Below are positions 40,610-49,115 of a stretch of 64,000 nt of DNA, in pieces; within the stretch, counting starts at the first letter, position 1, and each line of letters starts with the position of its first letter. Position numbers and translations under genes: made by a program. The stretch is from Fibrobacterales bacterium (GTDB lineage: Bacteria; Fibrobacterota; Fibrobacteria; Fibrobacterales; JAOPTW01). The stretch covers positions 149,047 through 213,046 of the forward strand of contig JAOPTX010000015.1 in the NCBI GenBank assembly GCA_051532055.1. Reading direction: 5' to 3'. Under the pieces are notes generated by a model. It did not search any database. It was not told the origin of the DNA and saw only the letters and a list, made by a program, of their open reading frames with translations.

Positions 40610-41500
40610 AACGATTGAGTTTCCACCCTTGTGGGTGGCGATTTCAAGGCGTTGATAGGCAATAGTTAATGTATCTGGAAGTATTGACTCAGGGTTTTCT
40701 GAAGAGAGTTCTAAAATTTCTGCAACTCCTGAACTACAGGTTGTTTTTACTTCGTCACTATTACATAAAAATACTTTCGCAGCTACCTCATCACTAATTC
40801 TTCGAATAACTTGGAGCGCTTGTTCTTTTGCGCAATCATAAAAACTGGCAACTAATCGGTGCTCTTGATACCGTGCAAGAAGATCATACGGACGTAAATG
40901 TTTTTTACAAATGTCGGCAAACTCTTTAAGAATTTGATCGCTATAGACTTTAGAATACTTTTGGCAGATTGCGCTGTAATCATCAAGAGCAAGCATTGCA
41001 AATGATATCTTCTTTGCTTTTTCTTTAACAATATCAATCTGCTTTTCTGCTGCAATGGTAAAATGATCTCTTTTAAGGAGCTCAGTTAATGGATCAACAG
41101 TTGTATATTCTTTGAGCTCTGTTTCAGCCTGGTTCTTCATTACTTGTCTTTGGATTTCTTGTAAGACAGATGTTAAGTTAAGTGGGCGATAGAGTCGAGG
41201 GAACTTTCTGTTGTCGTAGGGAACAGTTTTTTGCTCTGGTTTAGGGTCATTGCAGACGAAGAGAATTGGTGTATCTTGATATCTAATATCATTTTTAATC
41301 TCTTGAGCAAAACTGTAATTATCTCTTGATTGGAGAGGAGTATCGATGAGCACAGCTGCTGGGGTATTATTTGTATCGAGTGTATGCCAAGTGTGTTCTT
41401 CTGATTCCGTAAAGAGCACTACATATTGAGAATCGAGTACTGCCTGAAATGCATCTCTATCTTCACTCTTACAAAATACAACTATACTCTCTTTAAGCAT
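40604..41500 (-). CDS. Receiver domain plus degenerate GGDEF domain
   Basis: REC-like N-terminus (AVLIDTPL, TPILFV); DPLTELL; RPYDLLARYQEHRL where RxxD..RYGGEEF is expected; TTCSSGV. Confidence 0.8.
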   Translation of the reverse strand: MLKESIVVFCKSEDRDAFQAVLDSQYVVLFTESEEHTWHTLDTNNTPAAVLIDTPLQSRDNYSFAQEIKNDIRYQDTPILFVCNDPKPEQKTVPYDNRKFPRLYRPLNLTSVLQEIQRQVMKNQAETELKEYTTVDPLTELLKRDHFTIAAEKQIDIVKEKAKKISFAMLALDDYSAICQKYSKVYSDQILKEFADICKKHLRPYDLLARYQEHRLVASFYDCAKEQALQVIRRISDEVAAKVFLCNSDEVKTTCSSGVAEILELSSENPESILPDTLTIAYQRLEIATHKGGNSIVS

Positions 41501-41615
41501 ATTCCTTCCCAGTTTTTAAGTATTGAAAAGATACAATTTCTTGAGTGATTATCCGATGAGTTTATTGTAAACAATACAAAATGGAAAAGTACGGAGCCGT
41601 TGAAACGGGGAATAC

Positions 41616-41649
41616 AAAAAACGCCCTCTTACAATGTAAGAGGGCGTTT
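41616..41649 (-). terminator. Terminator of tRNA-Ser
   Basis: AAACGCCCTCTTAC-aat-GTAAGAGGGCGTTT with an A6 run, a U-tract on the minus strand. Confidence 0.88.
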
Positions 41650-41652
41650 AAG

Positions 41653-41733
41653 CGGAGAATGAGGGACTCGAACCCCCAAGCCTTGCGGCGGCGGTTTTCA
41701 AGACCGCTGACTTACCAATTAGCCTAATTCTCC
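41653..41733 (-). tRNA. tRNA-Ser(TGA), 81 nt, CCA not encoded
   Basis: Minus strand GGAGAAT...GCGGT-CTTGAAA-ACCGC...GGGGG-TTCGAGT-CCCTC-ATTCTCC-G; G73 discriminator. Confidence 0.93.
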
Positions 41734-41908
41734 ATTGGTGAAGACAAAGGTACTATTTCGTTTTTTAACTGTCAATAATTTTAAAGGGCATAACTGTGAA
41801 ATAGTTAAAAGAGATTACAATTTCGTATTCAAAGATCAGGAATAGCTGATATAGGTATATCAATTACTATATTTCGTCCCAAATTGAACAATTGTAAGCG
41901 AGAATATA

Positions 41909-43138
41909 ATGACAAAAGTAAACTCTAATTACGGAAAACTACAAGCTGGGTATCTCTTTCCAGAAATTGGCCGACGTGTTTCTAACTATGTTTCAGAAAA
42001 CCCTGATAAAAAAGTATTAAAACTTGGTATTGGCGATGTAGTACTACCTCTTCCAGAAGCTGTTCGTAAAGCGATGCATAGTGCGGTCGATGAAATGGGC
42101 ACAATAGAAGGTTTTAGAGGATATGGTCCTGAACAAGGATATGACTTTTTAAGAGAAGCCATAGCAGGTGATTATGCTGAGAAGGGATGTGATGTTGCCG
42201 CTGATGAAATTTTTGTCTCTGATGGCTCAAAATGTGATTCTGGTAATATTCAAGAGATCTTTGATGCAAATAGTAAAATTGCTCTTACAGATCCAGTTTA
42301 TCCTGTGTATCTTGATACCAACGTTATGGCAGGAAGAACAGGTGATGTAAACGAAAAGGGCCAGTTCGCCGGTATGACGTACCTGCCTACAACTGCTGAA
42401 AATAACTTCTTTCCAGCACTTCCAGATGTTGATGTTGATCTGATTTACCTTTGTTCACCTAATAACCCAACGGGTACGGTGATGAGTAAAGAACAGTTAA
42501 CTGAGTGGGTTAATTATGCCAAAGAGAAAGGCTCAATAATTTTATATGATGGAGCTTATGAAGCATTCATCGGTGATGCTTCATTACCCCGGTCCATTTT
42601 TGAAATTCCTGGAGCAAAAGATGTTGCTATTGAGTTCAGAAGTTTTTCTAAAAATGCAGGGTTCACTGGCGTACGCTGTGGCTATACTGTGGTACCAAAA
42701 GGGCTTATGGGTAAAAATAGCGCCGGCGAAGATGTGTCGATTCATGCTCTTTGGAATAGACGCCATTGCACAAAATTTAACGGTGTTTCGTATCCGGTAC
42801 AACGTGGTGCTGAAGCAGTATATTCACCTGAGGGTAAGGCTCAAATTGCAGAGCTTATTGAGTATTACATGAACAACGCTAAAATTATTGGTGAGGGTCT
42901 TAAGAAAATTGGTATCGAAATTTATGGTGGTACTAATGCTCCATATATTTGGCTCAAGACTCCTGAGGGAATGAGTTCATGGGATTTCTTTGATAAACTT
43001 CTTAATGAGTGTCAAATTGTTGGAACACCTGGTGCAGGTTTTGGTGCTGCAGGTGAAGGATACTTTCGCCTCTCTTCATTTTGCATCAAAGAGAATGTTG
43101 AAGAAGCTGTTGCCCGTATCACAGCATTTTTAAAGTAG
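41909..43138 (+). CDS. dapL: LL-diaminopimelate aminotransferase
   Basis: [50 protein letters not shown]. Confidence 0.96.
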   Translation: MTKVNSNYGKLQAGYLFPEIGRRVSNYVSENPDKKVLKLGIGDVVLPLPEAVRKAMHSAVDEMGTIEGFRGYGPEQGYDFLREAIAGDYAEKGCDVAADEIFVSDGSKCDSGNIQEIFDANSKIALTDPVYPVYLDTNVMAGRTGDVNEKGQFAGMTYLPTTAENNFFPALPDVDVDLIYLCSPNNPTGTVMSKEQLTEWVNYAKEKGSIILYDGAYEAFIGDASLPRSIFEIPGAKDVAIEFRSFSKNAGFTGVRCGYTVVPKGLMGKNSAGEDVSIHALWNRRHCTKFNGVSYPVQRGAEAVYSPEGKAQIAELIEYYMNNAKIIGEGLKKIGIEIYGGTNAPYIWLKTPEGMSSWDFFDKLLNECQIVGTPGAGFGAAGEGYFRLSSFCIKENVEEAVARITAFLK

Positions 43139-43183
43139 ATCTAAAAAGTATATTTTCTCAATAACATAAAATATTGAGTTCTC

Positions 43184-43206
43184 AAGGGCCCCTATGGGGC
43201 CCTTTT
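43184..43206 (+). terminator. Rho-independent terminator after dapL
   Basis: AAGGGCCCC-tat-GGGGCCCTTTT. Confidence 0.8.
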
Positions 43207-43264
43207 CTATTGATATTATGGGTAATACATTGGCCTTGATATCTGTCTCTATGGTATAATTTAA

Positions 43265-44434
43265 ATGATTGTTTTTTGGCGCGAGATGACCGTGTCCCAG
43301 TTTAAAAAAGATTTGACGAGTAGTGAACTGGTGGATCTTCTTTTTAAATATACTGCAAAGATTGCTGAGGAGCGTAGCCTTGACAATCTTTTAATCTTAA
43401 TGAATGACCTCGGTAAAAAACTGGTTGTGTGTGATCGCTGTACCCTGTGGCTTATTGATAAAAACAAACAAGAGGTATGGACTAAAGTTGCTCATGGGGT
43501 GGATGAAATTAGGATGCCCATCGGTAAGGGTGTTGTTGGAGAATGCATCATGACAGGTCAATCAATAATAATTGATAACGCCTACAATCACCCTACTTTT
43601 AATAAAACAATTGATAAAGAGACGGGTTATCAAACGCGTTCAATTATTGCGGAACCTATTTATGATGGAGGTGGTTCTATCATGGGGGTGTATCAAGCAA
43701 TTAATAAACTTACTGAAGAAGGGCGATTTACACAATCTGATCTAGAACACATGAATCTCAGTGCAACCTATCACGGCAAAGCTCTTGAGTCTGCAATGCT
43801 CCTTAAGGAGATTGAGAGCACCCAGAGCGACCTTGTTTTTATTTTGGGTGAAGCGGGGGAGAGTCGATCAAAAGAAACGGGTAATCATGTGAAGCGGGTG
43901 GCGGGGTACTGTGAGATTCTATCGCGTGCTTATGGATTGCCTGACGAAGAAGTTGAGTTGATAAAAATAGCTTCACCACTTCATGACTTAGGTAAAATTG
44001 CTATTCCGGATTCGATATTGAAAAAACCTGGTAAATTGACATTCGAAGAGTTTGAGATTATGAAAACCCATGCGCAAATTGGTGAGGATATTTTAATGGG
44101 CTCAGACCGACCACTCATAAATGCCGCTCGAATTATTGCTGGTGAACATCATGAAAAATGGAATGGAAAAGGGTACCCACGTGGGACTTCAGGAGAAGCA
44201 ATTCATCTCTATGGAAGAATTGCCGCAATTGCTGATGTATTTGATGCATTAGTGAGTGATCGGTGCTATAAAAAAGCTTGGCCTATCGAGAAAGTCTTGA
44301 TTCTTTTTCGAGAAGAACGAGGAGAGCACTTTGATCCATCTTTGGTAGATCTCTTTTTTGAAAACCTCCAGGAATTTATCCGTATAAAAGAGGCCTATGT
44401 TGATGAATTTGATGCGTCTCAAGCAGTGTATTAA
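43265..44434 (+). CDS. GAF plus HD-GYP cyclic-dinucleotide phosphodiesterase
   Basis: GAF (DRCTLWL, DKETGYQTRS, QAINK); ETGNHVKRV, LHDLGK, HHEKWNGKGYP, ADVFDAL. Confidence 0.93.
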   Translation: MIVFWREMTVSQFKKDLTSSELVDLLFKYTAKIAEERSLDNLLILMNDLGKKLVVCDRCTLWLIDKNKQEVWTKVAHGVDEIRMPIGKGVVGECIMTGQSIIIDNAYNHPTFNKTIDKETGYQTRSIIAEPIYDGGGSIMGVYQAINKLTEEGRFTQSDLEHMNLSATYHGKALESAMLLKEIESTQSDLVFILGEAGESRSKETGNHVKRVAGYCEILSRAYGLPDEEVELIKIASPLHDLGKIAIPDSILKKPGKLTFEEFEIMKTHAQIGEDILMGSDRPLINAARIIAGEHHEKWNGKGYPRGTSGEAIHLYGRIAAIADVFDALVSDRCYKKAWPIEKVLILFREERGEHFDPSLVDLFFENLQEFIRIKEAYVDEFDASQAVY

Positions 44435-44541
44435 TTGAGATTACATCACATTGTTATGAGTTATTAATAATGATGTGATGTGTTCAATGACAAATACGCA
44501 TACGATTAATTATTAGTAAATAATCGTATGCTAAAAAAAGA

Positions 44542-44586
44542 AATTAAAAAAGGCTTATCTCTAAATGAGAAAAGCCTTTTTTAATT
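44542..44586. terminator. Bidirectional terminator between the HD-GYP gene and yqeY
   Basis: AATTAAAAAAGGCTT-a-TCTC-taaat-GAGA-a-AAGCCTTTTTTAATT. Confidence 0.8.
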
Positions 44587-44599
44587 AAACTTGAGGTAA

Positions 44600-45046
44600 T
44601 TAATTTAAAATAGATTGGATGATGCTGCTCACTGCTTTGTTGTCTGCACGACCTTTTATCTTAGGCTGTACAGCTTTCATTACTTTTCCAAAATCTTTTT
44701 TATCTTCAGCACCAACTTCTTCAATGGTCTCACCAACAATGGCCATAAGCTCTGCTTGAGAGAGTGCATCAGGGAGATATGTTTTTAAAATGATTACAGA
44801 AGCTTCTTCTTTTTCAACAAGATCTGCGCGTTCACCTTTCTTAAACATTTCTATACCATCATTTTTTTGTTTGATGGTTTTTTGAATGGCATCAATAACT
44901 ACATCGTCACATATGTCGATATTATTATTGATGCTAATATTTTTAATGTCGGAGTGCAACGTTCTGAGAAGAGCGAGTTTATCCTTATTGCGATCTTTCA
45001 TAGATTGCTTGACATCAGCTAAAACTCGATTTAACAAAGCAGACAT
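44600..45046 (-). CDS. yqeY: GatB/YqeY domain protein
   Basis: VKQSMK.RNK, GERADLVEKE, YLP..LS, DFGKVM, KGRAD; lies downstream of rpsU. Confidence 0.9.
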   Translation of the reverse strand: MSALLNRVLADVKQSMKDRNKDKLALLRTLHSDIKNISINNNIDICDDVVIDAIQKTIKQKNDGIEMFKKGERADLVEKEEASVIILKTYLPDALSQAELMAIVGETIEEVGAEDKKDFGKVMKAVQPKIKGRADNKAVSSIIQSILN

Positions 45047-45075
45047 TACAGTTCCTTCAATGAGAGTGATTGGTC

Positions 45076-45285
45076 TTAGTAGAGACGTGTTTTTTGTGCG
45101 TCTGCACGTTCTTTCAATCTTTTTCTTTTAAGAGCGGTTTTAAGCTTCTTTCTAGTCTCTGTTGGTTTCTCGTATCTTTTACGGTTCTTCACATCAGAAA
45201 TAACGCCATTCTTTTCACAGGTTTTTGTGAAGCGTTTAAGAGCTTTCTCAAATGGCTCACTACTTTTTACGGTTACGCCTATCAA
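45076..45285 (-). CDS. rpsU: 30S ribosomal protein S21
   Basis: EPFEKALKRF...YEKPT; TTG start with GAGGT RBS. Confidence 0.96.
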   Translation of the reverse strand: MIGVTVKSSEPFEKALKRFTKTCEKNGVISDVKNRKRYEKPTETRKKLKTALKRKRLKERADAQKTRLY

Positions 45286-45457
45286 TTAAATTACCTCATT
45301 TGGGTTGTTTTTATAAAATTCTTGACGAATATAGGTTAATAGAGAAGGATTGTCATTTAATTACTCACGCATGTAAAATTTAATTATCTTTAAAAATTAT
45401 GGGTTTTATTGGAAAAAAAGCGTAAAATATACCAATTGAGCGCTATCAGGAGATATA

Positions 45458-46246
45458 ATGAAATATACAGGCATAATTTTAGCTTCTATTCTTGTCGCAC
45501 TTTGCTTTTTAGCTTGTGGTGACAAAGAAGAGAAAAAAGTTGATATTATTACTGAAACCCTTGGACAGCCTGTGAATGACTCAGAGAATGGCCCAGCAAC
45601 TGATATCCCTGAAGAAGAATTTGAGGATATCGAAGAAGCGGTTATTCCAGAAGAGCCTACAGCCCTAGCGGATGATGAATATATACCAAAGCTGTATGAA
45701 TCAGGGCCATATGTATTACAAGTTGGCGTGAGTCCTTCCGAGGTGATTGCAAGGAAATTATCAGCAAAAATCGAATCTAAGGGATACACACCTTATATAT
45801 CTATGGTAGAGAACCCTGGTGATCTCGTTGGTACTTTTTATCGTGTTCGGATTGGGTATTTTAAGTCTTTAACTCAGGCGCGACTTTTTGGACATAATGT
45901 ACTTATGCCTATGAATATCGCTTTTTGGATTGATAACCGAAAAAATGATGAGGTGGGTAACCCAACAAAAACCGAAGAAGATGTTGGCGATGAAGAGATG
46001 GAGGATGAGTTAGTTGAAGAGGTGACAGACGTTACTGTTGAATCAGATGACACCGAACAACCTGTTAAGAACGAAGAAATGTCGCCAGCTGCTGATAATG
46101 AAGTAACTTCAGAAGAAGTACCAGCGGCATTTACTGCTCCCAAAAAAGAAAAGATTCAAGGGTCAAAGACTAAAAAAACACCAGGGAAAGGTGATGATTG
46201 GGCAAGTGACTCGGATGATTGGGCAAATGATGATTGGGGCAAGTAG
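45458..46246 (+). CDS. SPOR-domain lipoprotein with acidic tail
   Basis: FLAC lipobox; YVLQVG...FYRVRIGYF SPOR motifs; ends DDWASDSDDWANDDWGK. Confidence 0.82.
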   Translation: MKYTGIILASILVALCFLACGDKEEKKVDIITETLGQPVNDSENGPATDIPEEEFEDIEEAVIPEEPTALADDEYIPKLYESGPYVLQVGVSPSEVIARKLSAKIESKGYTPYISMVENPGDLVGTFYRVRIGYFKSLTQARLFGHNVLMPMNIAFWIDNRKNDEVGNPTKTEEDVGDEEMEDELVEEVTDVTVESDDTEQPVKNEEMSPAADNEVTSEEVPAAFTAPKKEKIQGSKTKKTPGKGDDWASDSDDWANDDWGK

Positions 46247-46331
46247 AAAATAAGCGGTAATTTACTATCTTTTATACGTAAGTATGGTCAGGCATAATGT
46301 CTGGCCATTTTTTTGTAATATGCGAGGAATA

Positions 46332-47648
46332 ATGTCTGATCAAGTTGGGAAGAAAGTTGGTATTATAAATTTAGGCTGTTCAAAAAATCTTGTTGATGGT
46401 GAGTCCATTGTATCAGAGTTTAGTGAACAGGGCTATGAGCTTTCGGAGTCTATTGAAGAATGTGAAGTTATCCTTGTAAATACGTGTGGTTTTATTGAAA
46501 GCGCCAAAGAAGAGTCAATCAATGAGATTCTTGGAGTGTGTAAGCAAAAACAAGATGGACAAAAAGTTGTAGTAACTGGATGCTTATCTGAGCGGTATAA
46601 AGAAGAGCTTAAGAAAGAAATCCCTGAAGTTGATCTCTTTGTTGGTAATTATGTACCAGGTGAATTGATACAAAAACTTGACATCTCTCAAGAGGAGCTC
46701 TGTTCAACGGGAAGTTTTGCTAAAAGAATTCTTCTGGGGGCAGAACACCACCACGCTTATCTTAAAATTAGCCGCGGGTGTAACCGCACGTGTGGTTTTT
46801 GTGCTATACCACTTTTTAAGGGAAAACAAGATTCTCGAACTATCGATAGTGTGGTGCGTGAAGCACAGTGGCTTCAAGAGCAAGGGATACAAGAGATCTC
46901 TTTAGTTGCTCAAGACCTCACTTATTTTGGTAGAGAAAAGCGTAAGGGTGAGACACTTGAGAAACTTCTTAAGACACTCATGAAAGAGACAGATATTCCT
47001 TGGTTTAGATTAATGTATATGTATCCTGGCTTTGTAGATGATGGGCTTCTTGAAACGATTGCAGTACAGGATCGAATTTGTAATTATATCGATATGCCAC
47101 TGCAACATGGCTCAGATAGAATGCTGAAAAATATGAGAAGAGGACACACTAAAGAGCAGCTTCTTACTATTCTCAGGAAATTTAGAAATGCAATTCCTGA
47201 CCTGGCCATCAGAACAACTTTTTTACTTGGGTATCCAGGTGAAACTGAGGAAGATTTTCAACAACTTATGGAAATGGTTGATGAGTTTAAATTTGACCGC
47301 CTTGGATGTTTTACCTTCTCAACAGAGGAAGGTACACCTGTAATGGATATGGGTCTTCCTTCTGTGCCTCTAGACGTTGCAGAAGAACGGGTTGAAGAGC
47401 TTATGACCATGCAGCAGAATATCTCGTTAGAGCGTAATCAAAGTCTCATAGGCTCTATTCAAAATGTTATTATTGATAGCGTTCCTGAGGGAAGTGATTA
47501 TCATTTTGTTGGCCGTACCCAATGGGATGCTCCTGAAGTTGATAATTTTGTTAATATCGTTGAAGGCTCTGCCGATTTGGGGAGCTTTAGAAAAGTTCAA
47601 ATAATTGATGGGTCGGAATATGATCTAGAAGCTCGATTTGTAGATTAG
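46332..47648 (+). CDS. rimO: Ribosomal protein S12 methylthiotransferase RimO
   Basis: LGCSKNLVD, NTCGFIESAKEESI, CNRTCGFC radical-SAM motif, DAPEVD; ATG 46332 after GAGG. Confidence 0.96.
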   Translation: MSDQVGKKVGIINLGCSKNLVDGESIVSEFSEQGYELSESIEECEVILVNTCGFIESAKEESINEILGVCKQKQDGQKVVVTGCLSERYKEELKKEIPEVDLFVGNYVPGELIQKLDISQEELCSTGSFAKRILLGAEHHHAYLKISRGCNRTCGFCAIPLFKGKQDSRTIDSVVREAQWLQEQGIQEISLVAQDLTYFGREKRKGETLEKLLKTLMKETDIPWFRLMYMYPGFVDDGLLETIAVQDRICNYIDMPLQHGSDRMLKNMRRGHTKEQLLTILRKFRNAIPDLAIRTTFLLGYPGETEEDFQQLMEMVDEFKFDRLGCFTFSTEEGTPVMDMGLPSVPLDVAEERVEELMTMQQNISLERNQSLIGSIQNVIIDSVPEGSDYHFVGRTQWDAPEVDNFVNIVEGSADLGSFRKVQIIDGSEYDLEARFVD

Positions 47649-47746
47649 ATTTTAGCATGAATATACGGCGTTATTTGAGTTTCGACGTACTCAAATACGC
47701 TTTCAATCAAAATGCCTTGTATCTCCATACTTAAAGTCTAATCTAC
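47640..47746. repeat. About 107-bp palindromic (MITE/REP-like) element overlapping the rimO stop
   Basis: Perfect terminal inverted repeat GTAGATTAGA/TCTAATCTAC extending imperfectly inward (ATACGGC..GCCTTGTAT); internal TATTTGAGT/ACTCAAATA stem. Confidence 0.6.
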
Positions 47747-47781
47747 GTTCAGTTTGAAGCTATTGGGTTATTAGAATTCGG

Positions 47782-48438
47782 TTACTTGCGTTTACCTGTG
47801 ATTTTGTCTTCGAGTTTAAAAAGGCTGCCGTATAGCTGAATCAGGTCGTCAATCCAGATAGCGTCACGCTCTGAAATTAGTTTACAGACTTCAGAAACGT
47901 TGTTTGCATTGTTGTAAGGGCCCACTTGATTGTCAATTTTAGCAAAAGGTCTCATGAAGACTGAAGCTGAAAATTGAGCCCTCAAAGAGCGGTGAAGGCG
48001 GTCAAAGAGGCGTTTTTTAACTGTTTGAATGTCTTGCTGAATTGTATTGGGAGGTACTTTTTCACTCAGCTTTTTCTGAATATCGGCAAGTTCGGAAGCA
48101 ATTGATTCTTTGTCTGGCTTTGGTATATAGAGTTGCTTATTGATAAAGAAGCGCTTAAGGTTTTTAAATTCTCGTTCTAAGAGTTCAGGACCAAAGGTGT
48201 TTGCAAAAGGTGTAAAGTCTTTGGTTATTTCTTTTATTTTTAAGTGTTTACCTTGGCGTTCTGCCCATGTATCAAGTCGCTCTATCAATCGTAGTGCTAT
48301 AGGTTCATTTCCTACTAAAAGGAATGACTCAGCTTGAATTATTATGGTGTCAGCATAGGCGTATTTATGTGTTCCACTTACTGTGTCACTTTTCAGTTGG
48401 GCTATTCTTTTTTTCCACTCATTAATACGCGTTTGCAT
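47782..48438 (-). CDS. ZorG-like (DUF2894-like) protein of a putative Zorya type III system
   Basis: C-terminal QVGPYNNANNV...LISERDAIWIDDLIQLYGSLFKLE resembles the DUF2894 AGPLN...L..M....P.YL..F..Y...L..L motif as I recall it; last gene of the operon. Confidence 0.65.
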   Translation of the reverse strand: MQTRINEWKKRIAQLKSDTVSGTHKYAYADTIIIQAESFLLVGNEPIALRLIERLDTWAERQGKHLKIKEITKDFTPFANTFGPELLEREFKNLKRFFINKQLYIPKPDKESIASELADIQKKLSEKVPPNTIQQDIQTVKKRLFDRLHRSLRAQFSASVFMRPFAKIDNQVGPYNNANNVSEVCKLISERDAIWIDDLIQLYGSLFKLEDKITGKRK

Positions 48439-48443
48439 TTTAA

Positions 48444-49115
48444 TTATCCGTCTATTTTTGAATCGATTGTAGGGACTCGGATGATCTCTACTCGTCTATT
48501 TTTCATACGATTGGATTCGTGACTGTTTTCAACCTTGGGGCGGAACTCACCAAAACCTGCAGCAAAAATTCTTGATGGTACTAATGTATTACTTTTCTTC
48601 ATAAGTATGTTTACCACATTAGTCGCTCTCTTTGTAGAGAGTTCCCAGTTTGATTTAAAGAATTTAGAATTAATAGGTATATCGTCTGTATGCCCTGCCA
48701 CCATGAGCATTTCATTCTTTCCAAGACTACTTCCTAAGACGTCACTTATTTTTCGAAGGACATCTTTACCTTTCTTTTTAACTATTGAACTACCGGTCGA
48801 GAAAAGAAACTCTGCTTGTATTTCAATTTTACCATCAGTTAAAGTGACAGACCCATCTCTGAGAGAGTTTCCGAGGGCTTGTGCAAGAAGAGCGTCACGC
48901 TCGCGCTCTGCTTTCTCCTTTGCGGCTTTCTCTTTTTGAAACTCCTCTTCTTTACGAGTGAATGCATCGATTTGTTTTGTTAGCTCTGCTTCTTTATCAG
49001 ATTTCAGTGAAGACATAAATATAAATGCGATAAGAAAGAGTACGAAGAGAGCCATGGTCAAGTCGGTAAACATAATCCATGGAGTTTCATCGTGTTTATC
49101 TAGGTGAATAGCCAT
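48444..49115 (-). CDS. ZorB-like MotB/OmpA-domain stator subunit
   Basis: PWIMFTDLTMAL TM with conserved Asp; coiled coil; VAGHTDD, NWELSTKRA, GFGEFRP, KNRRVEI. Confidence 0.85.
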   Translation of the reverse strand: MAIHLDKHDETPWIMFTDLTMALFVLFLIAFIFMSSLKSDKEAELTKQIDAFTRKEEEFQKEKAAKEKAERERDALLAQALGNSLRDGSVTLTDGKIEIQAEFLFSTGSSIVKKKGKDVLRKISDVLGSSLGKNEMLMVAGHTDDIPINSKFFKSNWELSTKRATNVVNILMKKSNTLVPSRIFAAGFGEFRPKVENSHESNRMKNRRVEIIRVPTIDSKIDG

